25,266 bases of DNA. Source: a virus. Lineage: Duplodnaviria; Caudoviricetes. Positions 8,635-16,453 of the stretch are shown here, piece by piece. Location of the stretch: the IMG/VR virus record IMGVR_UViG_3300030207_003650, positions 1-25,266 of that record. One strand, 5' to 3'. Each line of letters opens with the position of its first letter. Within the stretch, counting starts at the first letter, position 1. The notes beneath the pieces were generated by a model, which was not told the DNA's origin, made no database searches, and worked only from the letters and a program-made list of their open reading frames with translations. The translations under genes were made by a program, and so were the position numbers.

Positions 8635-10121
8635 TGGCTTTAGTGAAATTAGAAATACCGCCGGGTCTTTCGGCCAATGGAACAATCTACCAAAACAGCG
8701 GTCGTTGGTACGACGGCAACCTAGTGCGTTGGTTCCAGAATACTATGAGGCCCGTGGGCGGTTGGACAAGTATGAGTTCGGATCAGTTCGCTGATGTCTC
8801 CCGAGGTATGCTCGCGTACTACGACAACTCGAATGCTCGACGGGTAATAGTTGGAACGCCCTCTAATCTTTATGTTTATGTGGAAGGTAAAAACCAATCT
8901 GACATAACACCGTCAGCTTTAGCTGCGGGATCGGTCGATGCTAGCGCGAATACAGGATACGGAGCCCAATTCTATAATGAAGGGACATATGGCACCCCCA
9001 GAGCTGATAATCAAACCTATAACCCTTGTACCACTGTTACCATTGATAACTTTGGTGAAAACGTAGTTGCTTGTTTTACCGGGGGCGGTGCAGATGGCAA
9101 GATTTACTACTGGCAGAATGACCCGGCAACAATAGCGGCTGTGCTTACCAATGCCCCAACGAACAACAAAGCTGTTTTAGTGACTGATGAAAGATTTGTG
9201 ATGGCATTAGGTGCAGACTCAAACGCCAGAAAAGTCCAATTTTCGGACCAGAGCGCGCCAACAGTATGGACCCCTAGTGCGACGAATGCAGCGGGTAGTT
9301 TTGAGCTAGCCTCTGAAGGTCAAATCCAAGCGGGTGTTGTGATACGGGGACAGATACTTATTCTGACAGATGCAGACGCTCATGCTGTGGATTACGTTGG
9401 GAGTCCTTTCTATTACACTTCTCAGAAAGTCGGTAGTAACTGCGGCATCATAGCACCCAAGGCAATTGCCTCATTTGGTACATCAGCGTACTGGATGGGT
9501 GAAAAATCTTTCTACGCTTACGATGGAGGTTATACAGTCCCGATAACGAGCGAAGTCTCTGACGCGGTGTTTACGGATCTCAATCAGGTCCAGCGTTCTA
9601 AAATATGGGCAGTGGTCAACGGTCAATTTAATGAAGTTTGGTGGTTTTATCCCTCGTCCGGTTCAACAGAGGTCGATAAGTACGTTTCCTTTAATTTCAA
9701 TAATCAATCGTGGGCGATGGGATCTTTAGCCAGGACAGCGGGCGTGGACAACGGCGTTTTCCAAAATCCGATATGGGCCTCTACTGACAGATACATTTAC
9801 GAACATGAAACAGGTTTCTCCTGGGACGGCGCTACACCTTTCGCTGAAAGCGGAGCTCTGCAAATCGGTGATGGTGAAAGAATTATGGATGTCACGGGAT
9901 TAATACCCGATGAATCTAACTTGGGCGATACGTCAGTCATCTTTAAAACCCGGATGTTTCCCACAGGTGATGAAACCGTATCAGGTAGTTTTAGTATGGC
10001 CAACCCTACCAACGTGCGTTTGTCAGCCAGACAAGTGCGAATTCGGGTGACCAGTAACTCGGCTAGTGATTGGCGTTTTGGCAATATGCGAATAGAAGTT
10101 CAGCCGGGGTCTGCACGATGA
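8634..10121 (+). CDS. Tail nozzle / DNA stabilisation protein (P22 gp10-like role)
   Basis: 495-aa beta-rich protein with FSDQ....W.P..TN.AG, GSNCGIIAP, YWMG, FNEVWWFYPS; located before the ejection genes. Confidence 0.75.
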   Translation: MALVKLEIPPGLSANGTIYQNSGRWYDGNLVRWFQNTMRPVGGWTSMSSDQFADVSRGMLAYYDNSNARRVIVGTPSNLYVYVEGKNQSDITPSALAAGSVDASANTGYGAQFYNEGTYGTPRADNQTYNPCTTVTIDNFGENVVACFTGGGADGKIYYWQNDPATIAAVLTNAPTNNKAVLVTDERFVMALGADSNARKVQFSDQSAPTVWTPSATNAAGSFELASEGQIQAGVVIRGQILILTDADAHAVDYVGSPFYYTSQKVGSNCGIIAPKAIASFGTSAYWMGEKSFYAYDGGYTVPITSEVSDAVFTDLNQVQRSKIWAVVNGQFNEVWWFYPSSGSTEVDKYVSFNFNNQSWAMGSLARTAGVDNGVFQNPIWASTDRYIYEHETGFSWDGATPFAESGALQIGDGERIMDVTGLIPDESNLGDTSVIFKTRMFPTGDETVSGSFSMANPTNVRLSARQVRIRVTSNSASDWRFGNMRIEVQPGSAR

Positions 10122-10324
10122 AACTATCCAGACCGCTCAGAGAATACGATCAATCACAGTTTGCCACGAATAATTTTACCATTGAGCAAGCTGACCGTAA
10201 CAATCACAAAAAAGATCAAGACATTGAGGTTGGTACAGCCTCTGTTATTTTAACCTCCGCAAACGGAACTCGATATAAATTAGTAGTGAGTGACGCTGGC
10301 GTTTTATCGACGAGTGCAGCCTAA
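10118..10324 (+). CDS. Small tail-associated protein, 68 aa (needle/plug-like)
   Basis: Start reassigned to ATG 10118 (ATGA overlap): MKLSRP...VILTSANGTRYKLVVSDAGVLSTSAA. Confidence 0.7.
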   Translation: MKLSRPLREYDQSQFATNNFTIEQADRNNHKKDQDIEVGTASVILTSANGTRYKLVVSDAGVLSTSAA

Positions 10325-12504
10325 TGCCGTTTATTAGATCGACAGGACAAGGGTCAGCCGATAAGACAGGAATGAGCGGTGGCTTGGGGCCGGATGATTT
10401 TGGCGGTTATGACGGTGCAGTTTTTAAAACGACATTTAAAGGCGGTTTTCGTGGATTAGAAGGTGGTCAAGTTTTTGGACCAGCAGGCTTTGATCCCGCC
10501 GCTGCGGTTGGGACAATTGGATATGACCCTATAGCAAATTTGGACGCAGCCGTGAGTAATGCCGCTTTCGGAATGCCTACGATAGATTTAGATATAAAAG
10601 GCGTACAAGACGATCTTAATACTTACGCGGCCAATAATCCGATGAGCCAGATTGCTCAGAATATTGCTGCGGCTGGTTTAGATCCAAGCGGTAGAGCAGA
10701 CCCACAAGGACCAGCATTTGACACAACGTTTGATCGTAATCTACCGGGCGGTGGTGCAGTTGATACCGGAACCAACACAATTGATATGTCAACGCAGGGT
10801 ACAGGTGCTGATGCTCTCGACCCCAACGTCATTATCGATGATGCCGCACGGGATGGTACGACGATTGAGGATTTAATTGGAACTTACAAAGATCCTGACG
10901 GTAATCCTTATTCAATCGCATCTGTGATTGGTGCGTTAATCCTATCCGGTAATAAAAACGCAGCAACAGTTTTAAGCAACAGTGGTTATAACCCTGATGG
11001 TACTCCAATGGGTGGCGCAGGCAATGTCCCCGCAGGCGGTGCAGGCAATGACACTGTAGCAGCGGGCGGCGGTGATGACACAGTTGGCGGTGGTGGAGGC
11101 GATGCAGACGCTGGAGTAGATGCGGGAGCTGATCCAGGCGATCTCGGCGTGAATAATCAACCAGACGGTAATCCACCTGGAGGAAATCCACCTGGAGGAA
11201 ATCCACCCAGAGGAAATCCACCCGGAGGTAATCAACCAGACAATGACACACTAGATGTTGATGACACAAACGACGACACAGGCGGCGGGTTATCAATACC
11301 AGATATTATTGAAGGCGGCGCAACAACGGCTGCTGCATTAGGAGGCGCTATGGCAAGCGGATTCGGATCAGGTTTTTCTAACACAGAAAGAACAACTAGC
11401 AGAATGGACCCGGACATCAAAAATCGGCTCACGGATCTTTACGGTCCAACGCCAGGTGTCATGAATAGTTTGGTTAATAGACTTAACACGGGCTATGGCG
11501 GTTTTACGGGTGATCGTTACGGTGACATGAATGAGGATCAACTGCGTTTTAACGAGATGGTAAGAAATAACATTGAGAATATTCCGGGTAAATCGATTTT
11601 CGATAAAGCTGTAACAAGAGCAGATTCCACAGCGACGCCTACGGGAATGGATGTTGCAAAAACAGCTTTCGGACCCACAGATCAACCTCTTGCTACAGCA
11701 GCCAGAGAAAACATAAAAGATGTTGTGGCGGGTCAGTTCGCAGGCACGAATTTAGACCCCTATCAAAATCCCTACAACAACGCAGTTATTGATACTGCGC
11801 TTGCTGATCTAGATCGTGCCACACAAATGCGGCTACGAACTGCGGATGATCAAGCTACCAAAGCAGGCGCTTATGGCGGGGATCGAGCAGCTATCGAGCG
11901 AGGGTTAATTGGTGAAGAGAGCTTACGGACTGCGGGTAGGATGGTTGCTGATTTAAGGGCCAGAGGTTTTGAAGATGCAGCTAATCGAGTAGAAGCAGAC
12001 CTAGATAGAAATTTGAAGGCACAAGAAGCTAATCAGTTAGCGGATCGTCAAACGAGTCGAGATGCATTAGATACAGCGACGGCAATCGAGCGTGATGATC
12101 CCTTAAACCAGTTGCGTACAGCAGAAGCACTAATTAATGCTTTTTCTACGGGCTCTGACCAGTACAGAAATAATTTAGGTGACTTTATGAGCGTTGGAGA
12201 CAGGCTCGATGCGCGAGATCAGAGAGAAAGAGATTTTCAATTTGCGGAATTTTTAGCCTCCATCGGTTACGACCAAGACATGATAAACAACATGATTAAC
12301 CTTCTCAGTACAGCAACAGGCGATCGTCAAGAAGAAACGAAAACAGAGATGGGTACTGTTGGGCAGCTTGCACAAATTGCTGAAATAGCTCCCGCTCTCG
12401 GCGGGATGATTGGCGGCGCAACTGATTTCATTGGCGGTTTGTTTAATCGTGGTGACAACGATAGAGATAAAGGCGCTTATCCCAACGCTCGATACAAAAA
12501 TTAA
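10324..12504 (+). CDS. Putative internal virion / DNA ejection protein 1
   Basis: 726 aa; acidic Gly-rich N-half; YQNPYNNAVID...AGAYGGDR motif typical of podoviral pilot-type proteins; Gly/hydrophobic C-terminus. Confidence 0.7.
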   Translation: MPFIRSTGQGSADKTGMSGGLGPDDFGGYDGAVFKTTFKGGFRGLEGGQVFGPAGFDPAAAVGTIGYDPIANLDAAVSNAAFGMPTIDLDIKGVQDDLNTYAANNPMSQIAQNIAAAGLDPSGRADPQGPAFDTTFDRNLPGGGAVDTGTNTIDMSTQGTGADALDPNVIIDDAARDGTTIEDLIGTYKDPDGNPYSIASVIGALILSGNKNAATVLSNSGYNPDGTPMGGAGNVPAGGAGNDTVAAGGGDDTVGGGGGDADAGVDAGADPGDLGVNNQPDGNPPGGNPPGGNPPRGNPPGGNQPDNDTLDVDDTNDDTGGGLSIPDIIEGGATTAAALGGAMASGFGSGFSNTERTTSRMDPDIKNRLTDLYGPTPGVMNSLVNRLNTGYGGFTGDRYGDMNEDQLRFNEMVRNNIENIPGKSIFDKAVTRADSTATPTGMDVAKTAFGPTDQPLATAARENIKDVVAGQFAGTNLDPYQNPYNNAVIDTALADLDRATQMRLRTADDQATKAGAYGGDRAAIERGLIGEESLRTAGRMVADLRARGFEDAANRVEADLDRNLKAQEANQLADRQTSRDALDTATAIERDDPLNQLRTAEALINAFSTGSDQYRNNLGDFMSVGDRLDARDQRERDFQFAEFLASIGYDQDMINNMINLLSTATGDRQEETKTEMGTVGQLAQIAEIAPALGGMIGGATDFIGGLFNRGDNDRDKGAYPNARYKN
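11164..11238 (+). repeat. Five 15-bp tandem repeats (GGAGGAAATCCACCY consensus) encoding GGNPP
   Basis: gacggtaatccacct / ggaggaaatccacct / ggaggaaatccaccc / agaggaaatccaccc / ggaggtaatcaacca. Confidence 0.9.
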
Positions 12505-12516
12505 AAGGTAACTACT

Positions 12517-14037
12517 ATGGCAGACGGTTTACTAGACAGAATTGGTCGCACATTAAGAACTGCCGGGAGTGGTATCGGTGACATCCTTGCAGCGGGGGGT
12601 CAGGCATACGCGCCACCCGATATGAATCTTACCCGGAACCAACAGATGGGTTTGCTGGGATCTCGCCTGGGAGACATGATGGTCGGGCCACGCGGTGAAA
12701 TGACCAACAACACGCCAGCTTATCTCGATAACATCAGACGCGAAAATGAATTGGCTAGGCGCAATCAGTCACGCGATCAGATAGTGCAAGATGTACGAGA
12801 ACTGATTGCAGATCAGACTATCACCCCTACTGTAGGCGCTGCGATTATTGAGCAAGCACAAGTCGATCCGTTAGCAGCGCGGGGCTCTTTGGATCAACAG
12901 ACAAGGCGTAGTGGTTTATTAAACGCTCTGCCTGGTCTAACAGAAGAAGGTCTGTCACCTGGTCTCCTAGATGTTATGAGTAATCTACCTACTGAGTCTA
13001 TTTCTAATATAACTGAAGGTTTGTTGGACGCTCGATTTGGAGGAACTACTGCTGGACTGACAGCGCCAGTTTTTAGAGATACAACCACTGGAAAACTTGT
13101 GCCTAGTCAATTATTAGATACGGGCGGTTTTTTGATAGGAGGTCAACAATATGGGGGTGTTGGTCAGCCGCCAATACCAGAAAACTTAGAATATATCGGA
13201 CCCACGATGGCTTATGATGTGCCAACAGCAGCGGATCTTGCTTATGTAAGGGCTGAACAAGATGTGCTTGGTGAAGCAGCGGGTAATTATGCAGTTTTTA
13301 CAAACGAAGAATACATGACAGCACAAGCTGATTTCCAAGGTTTTATTGAAGGTAATTTAGCCAGACAGCGTAGAGAAGCAGAACTCCGTGCAGATTTACA
13401 AGGAGCAGCTAGAGAAGCAGAATTAAAACGTATCGATGATCTACAAGATAATTTGCTCAATGCCTTTGCACGAACAGCTAGTAAAGAAACGCAATTCAAT
13501 TTGCTTGATGGCCTATTTGAGCAAGCCAGGGAGCAAGCCAGTAAACTTTCGACAGGTCTTAGCGGGCAAGCTCTATCAGGAATTGGTGGCACAGAAGCAC
13601 TCGAATTGCAGAAGACTATTGATGCAATCGCTGCCAACGTTGGTTTTGATAAGCTTCAGGCAATGCGCGATCTGTCAAAGACAGGCGGTGCTTTGGGTAA
13701 CGTGTCCAACGTAGAACTTAATCTACTAACTAGTTCATTGGGTAGTCTTAGCACAGAGGTTGGTTATAACACCTTCCTACGCAATTTAGAAAGAGTGCAG
13801 AACACAACTACTGCGTTGTGGGATCAGGCTCAAGAAAACTTTAGAAGAGAATTCGGTGTGGATTATTTCGATCCTAATGCCGAAGGTGCTGCAAAAGACT
13901 TGATTACTCAACGACGGCGCACATTGCTTGGTATTGAGGATCTATCACTCACTCCAACGCCAGTTGATCCAGTTGATCCAGTTGATACGCCAATAGATAC
14001 ACCACCACCCACCACTGCCGCAGATTTATTCAATTAA
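12517..14037 (+). CDS. Putative internal virion / DNA ejection protein 2
   Basis: 506 aa, helical, with GFDKLQAMR..SKTGGALGNVSNVEL motif; AAGGT SD; function from position. Confidence 0.7.
   Translation: MADGLLDRIGRTLRTAGSGIGDILAAGGQAYAPPDMNLTRNQQMGLLGSRLGDMMVGPRGEMTNNTPAYLDNIRRENELARRNQSRDQIVQDVRELIADQTITPTVGAAIIEQAQVDPLAARGSLDQQTRRSGLLNALPGLTEEGLSPGLLDVMSNLPTESISNITEGLLDARFGGTTAGLTAPVFRDTTTGKLVPSQLLDTGGFLIGGQQYGGVGQPPIPENLEYIGPTMAYDVPTAADLAYVRAEQDVLGEAAGNYAVFTNEEYMTAQADFQGFIEGNLARQRREAELRADLQGAAREAELKRIDDLQDNLLNAFARTASKETQFNLLDGLFEQAREQASKLSTGLSGQALSGIGGTEALELQKTIDAIAANVGFDKLQAMRDLSKTGGALGNVSNVELNLLTSSLGSLSTEVGYNTFLRNLERVQNTTTALWDQAQENFRREFGVDYFDPNAEGAAKDLITQRRRTLLGIEDLSLTPTPVDPVDPVDTPIDTPPPTTAADLFN
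13960..13986 (+). repeat. Three perfect 9-bp repeats CCAGTTGAT (PVD)
   Basis: Directly visible in the Pro-rich C-terminal tail. Confidence 0.9.
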
Positions 14038-14049
14038 TAAGGTAATTAA

Positions 14050-15726
14050 ATGGCTATCCCTCAAGAGTTACTACAACAAGCAATTGCTTTAGTGCAGAGC
14101 GGTGAAAAATCGTTAAGTGATCTGAAGCCAGAGTTCCGACAAGAAGTAGAAGCTGCGATGAACGCTGATTATGTGCCTAACGGTGCGCCTATTTTTCGCA
14201 GTGAGCCAGCAGTTACTCACTCAGGGCAAAGTGTGGAGTCGCAAAATACTGGGCCTAGTAACTATGAAAAACGTTTCAATTACGCAGTTTCTTTACCGTT
14301 TGAAGGTGCAGGGCAAAGATTAAACGAAATGTTGGGATTGTTAGGTGTTGATGAAAAACATAGAGTGGGGCTCCCAACACCAGAAAGTGTAGCTGCACGG
14401 CGTGAAGCAGCAGAAAAGTTTAAAAGCACCGGGGGCGGCTTAACTGGCAGTTTACTATCAAGCGCACCCTTAATGGCAGCACGAAGATTCCCACCAGTTG
14501 TAGCGGGAGGCGCGCTATTTGGCAGCCTAATGCCTACGACAGAAGACGAAAGTGTACTGATGAATATGGCAAGTGGTGCTGGGTTAGCTACAGTAGGTCA
14601 GGTTGCAGGGGATTTAATGCAAGGTATCGGCACAAGGATAATTAGAGGACCGCAATCGCAAGCTAGAGAATTGAGTGAGCAAGGCGTTGAATTAACACCG
14701 GGAATGTTAGAGGGCGGTACAGCTAACGTAATGGAACAACAAGCAACATCAACGCCCATTTTAGGCACGGCTATTATGGACGCCAGGGAAAGAGCTATCA
14801 CTGATTTTAATAAGGTAGCAATAAATAGAGCGTTGCAACCTTTAGGGCAAGAAGTGGTTGAAGCTGGGACACAAGGTATTGATGATGCAAGCAGAATCAT
14901 AAGTGACAGTTATGATGCAGCGTTAGAAAATATAGATAATATCGAAGTCGATTCAGCGTGGAATATAACTACGCAAGGGATTCGTAACAAATTAGCGGAG
15001 TCGGGCGATCTCCAACAATTAGAGGTATACGATGAAGTCATAAAAGAATTATTAGAAGAAGGCGTAGATTTAACGGCGGAAATAAATGCTAGAACTTGGA
15101 ATCAAATAAAAAAGAAAGTCGCTAATCGATCTTTCACGCTTGGTAAAGAACCTGAAAATTTTGCAGCTACAGAAGCTTTGGATGACGTTGTGGATGCAAT
15201 GATGGATATGATGGAGCGATCTGGCAGCAATGCTCCAGAAGCAGTCGCATTGTTGAAAAATGCAAATGCAGCATTTAGATTGTTCGAACCAGTAAGAAGA
15301 GCTGCTGGTAGAGCAAGTTCAGCACAAAGGGGCGGTGTGTTTACGCCAGAAGTCTTAATGTCAAATGTGGTTGCACGAAAACCAGCACAAGCAGCTAGGG
15401 GCGATTTGCCAATGCAAGATTTCGCTTTGCAAGGACAAAATGTAATAGGAAGGTCGGCTGGAGCAAGCGACTCTGGTACTGGTGGCAGACTCGGTTTGTT
15501 AAGCTTGAGTGCGTTGGCCGCTAACAGTCCATTAAGGGCGCTTGGTATGGGAGCGGGTCTATTAGGATCAAGATATGCATATGCACCTGGCACAATAGAT
15601 TTAGTAAACAGAGCAGCCAGAGCACGGCCAGATGCATTGCGTGATTTCGGTTTCCAAATGTCACCGGGTCTAAAAGGAGCGTTGGGTATCACGGCTGGAA
15701 GTGAACTAGGTTTACTAGGACGTTAA
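14050..15726 (+). CDS. Putative internal virion / DNA ejection protein 3
   Basis: 558 aa, helical, with LTPG, FTPE.L and DSGT motifs and Gly-rich hydrophobic segments; last gene of the late operon. Confidence 0.7.
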   Translation: MAIPQELLQQAIALVQSGEKSLSDLKPEFRQEVEAAMNADYVPNGAPIFRSEPAVTHSGQSVESQNTGPSNYEKRFNYAVSLPFEGAGQRLNEMLGLLGVDEKHRVGLPTPESVAARREAAEKFKSTGGGLTGSLLSSAPLMAARRFPPVVAGGALFGSLMPTTEDESVLMNMASGAGLATVGQVAGDLMQGIGTRIIRGPQSQARELSEQGVELTPGMLEGGTANVMEQQATSTPILGTAIMDARERAITDFNKVAINRALQPLGQEVVEAGTQGIDDASRIISDSYDAALENIDNIEVDSAWNITTQGIRNKLAESGDLQQLEVYDEVIKELLEEGVDLTAEINARTWNQIKKKVANRSFTLGKEPENFAATEALDDVVDAMMDMMERSGSNAPEAVALLKNANAAFRLFEPVRRAAGRASSAQRGGVFTPEVLMSNVVARKPAQAARGDLPMQDFALQGQNVIGRSAGASDSGTGGRLGLLSLSALAANSPLRALGMGAGLLGSRYAYAPGTIDLVNRAARARPDALRDFGFQMSPGLKGALGITAGSELGLLGR

Positions 15727-15760
15727 GTCTTCCTAGTTCTCCTGAGTACTGATGTAATGT

Positions 15761-16072
15761 TTATCCGTTTTTGCCGAAAGTTTTTTTAGTAAAGGTGACA
15801 TCGCCAGATGGATCAGAAAATGTTGTTTGCTCCCCAATGTTAAGGTCACACAGATCCATAATGAACTCGTAAGGTAGATCAAAACCTGAATCAGCCCAAT
15901 CCTCTTGAGATCTGCCAAGCTTATGGCCAATGATTGAATATAGAGATAATGTCTTTGGTTCAGCATTTGGATAACCATCTCCCCACTCAACAAAAAAATC
16001 TGTAAGCAATAATTGAATATGTAGTGCATCTAGCGTAGATCTTTCAATTGGTGTTAGCTCGTTCATTGTCAT
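15761..16072 (-). CDS. Hypothetical protein, 103 aa, with its own promoter
   Basis: GAGGA lies just before ATG 16072 (MTMNELTPI...). The in-frame ATG two codons later has better SD spacing. The track start at 16120 lies inside the promoter. Confidence 0.65.
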   Translation of the reverse strand: MTMNELTPIERSTLDALHIQLLLTDFFVEWGDGYPNAEPKTLSLYSIIGHKLGRSQEDWADSGFDLPYEFIMDLCDLNIGEQTTFSDPSGDVTFTKKTFGKNG

Positions 16073-16110
16073 GTGTCCTCTAACTAAATGTGTTTTTTCC
16101 GAACACCAAA

Positions 16111-16139
16111 ATGATATCAAGAGTATTCAGTAGATACAA
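16111..16139 (-). promoter_or_regulatory. Sigma70 promoter TTGTAT-N17-TATCAT with extended -10 TG
   Basis: -35 at 16139-16134, -10 at 16116-16111, 17-bp spacer; overlapped by the operator. Confidence 0.7.
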
Positions 16140-16150
16140 ATAGTATCTAC
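16130..16150. promoter_or_regulatory. Perfect palindromic operator GTAGATAC-AAATA-GTATCTAC
   Basis: 8-5-8 perfect inverted repeat; degenerate copies occur in the other early intergenic regions. Confidence 0.8.
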
Positions 16151-16228
16151 ATATAGGTTAATTTTAGAAAGGGTATGAAAAGTATATGGAAAGGGTGCTA
16201 AAATAGCACTATAGCGAATATGATGGTT

Positions 16229-16353
16229 CGTAAGGTATTGATTTAATTGACTAACCGCCTTCTTTGGGAGAAGGCAGTCAGACAATTTTTTAGATTTAAA
16301 TCAGTTACTTACGGAAGGTTAGATTGAAAAGTTCCCAAAAGTTCCCAGGAACT
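16229..16353. other. Putative attP: anticodon-loop core between inverted IHF sites, plus arm-type repeats
   Basis: Core GCCTTC-TTTGGGA-GAAGGC at 16257-16275. IHF-consensus (WATCARNNNNTTR) matches AATCAATACCTTA (minus, 16231-16243) and AATCAGTTACTTA (16299-16311). Direct repeat AAAGTTCCCA x2 at 16328-16347. Adjacent to int. Confidence 0.7.
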
Positions 16354-16370
16354 ATTTAAATCATCATATT

Positions 16371-16447
16371 CGGGGTATAGCGCAGCCTGGTAGCGCGCTA
16401 GCTTTGGGAGCTAGATGTCGCAGGTTCAAATCCTGCTACCCCGACCA
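16371..16447 (+). tRNA. tRNA-Pro(UGG), complete, CCA encoded
   Basis: Acceptor CGGGGTA/TACCCCG; D arm GCGC/GCGC; anticodon arm CTAGC-TTTGGGA-GCTAG (TGG at 16405-16407); T arm GCAGG-TTCAAAT-CCTGC; ACCA end. Confidence 0.97.
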
Positions 16448-16453
16448 ACCCCC

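Noticed and set aside
10070-10117. Track start for the 84-aa ORF
   Set aside because: ATG 10118 gives the ATGA coupling used throughout the operon.
10832-15692. Antisense and alternate-frame ORFs inside the ejection genes (e.g. 10832-11296, 15102-15692)
   Set aside because: Shadow ORFs of long real genes and repeats; no SD or recognisable motifs.
15733-16029. 98-aa minus-strand ORF overlapping the orphan gene
   Set aside because: No SD; the competing frame has GAGGA and a matching promoter.
16257-16290. Hairpin as an intrinsic terminator
   Set aside because: The T-run is separated from the core stem, no gene ends just upstream, and the anticodon-identical loop and flanking IHF sites fit an att core better. 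A secondary terminator role is not excluded.
16371-16447. tRNA as a host gene marking a prophage boundary
   Set aside because: Phage genes and the same operator motif occur on both sides, so the tRNA is internal to the phage.
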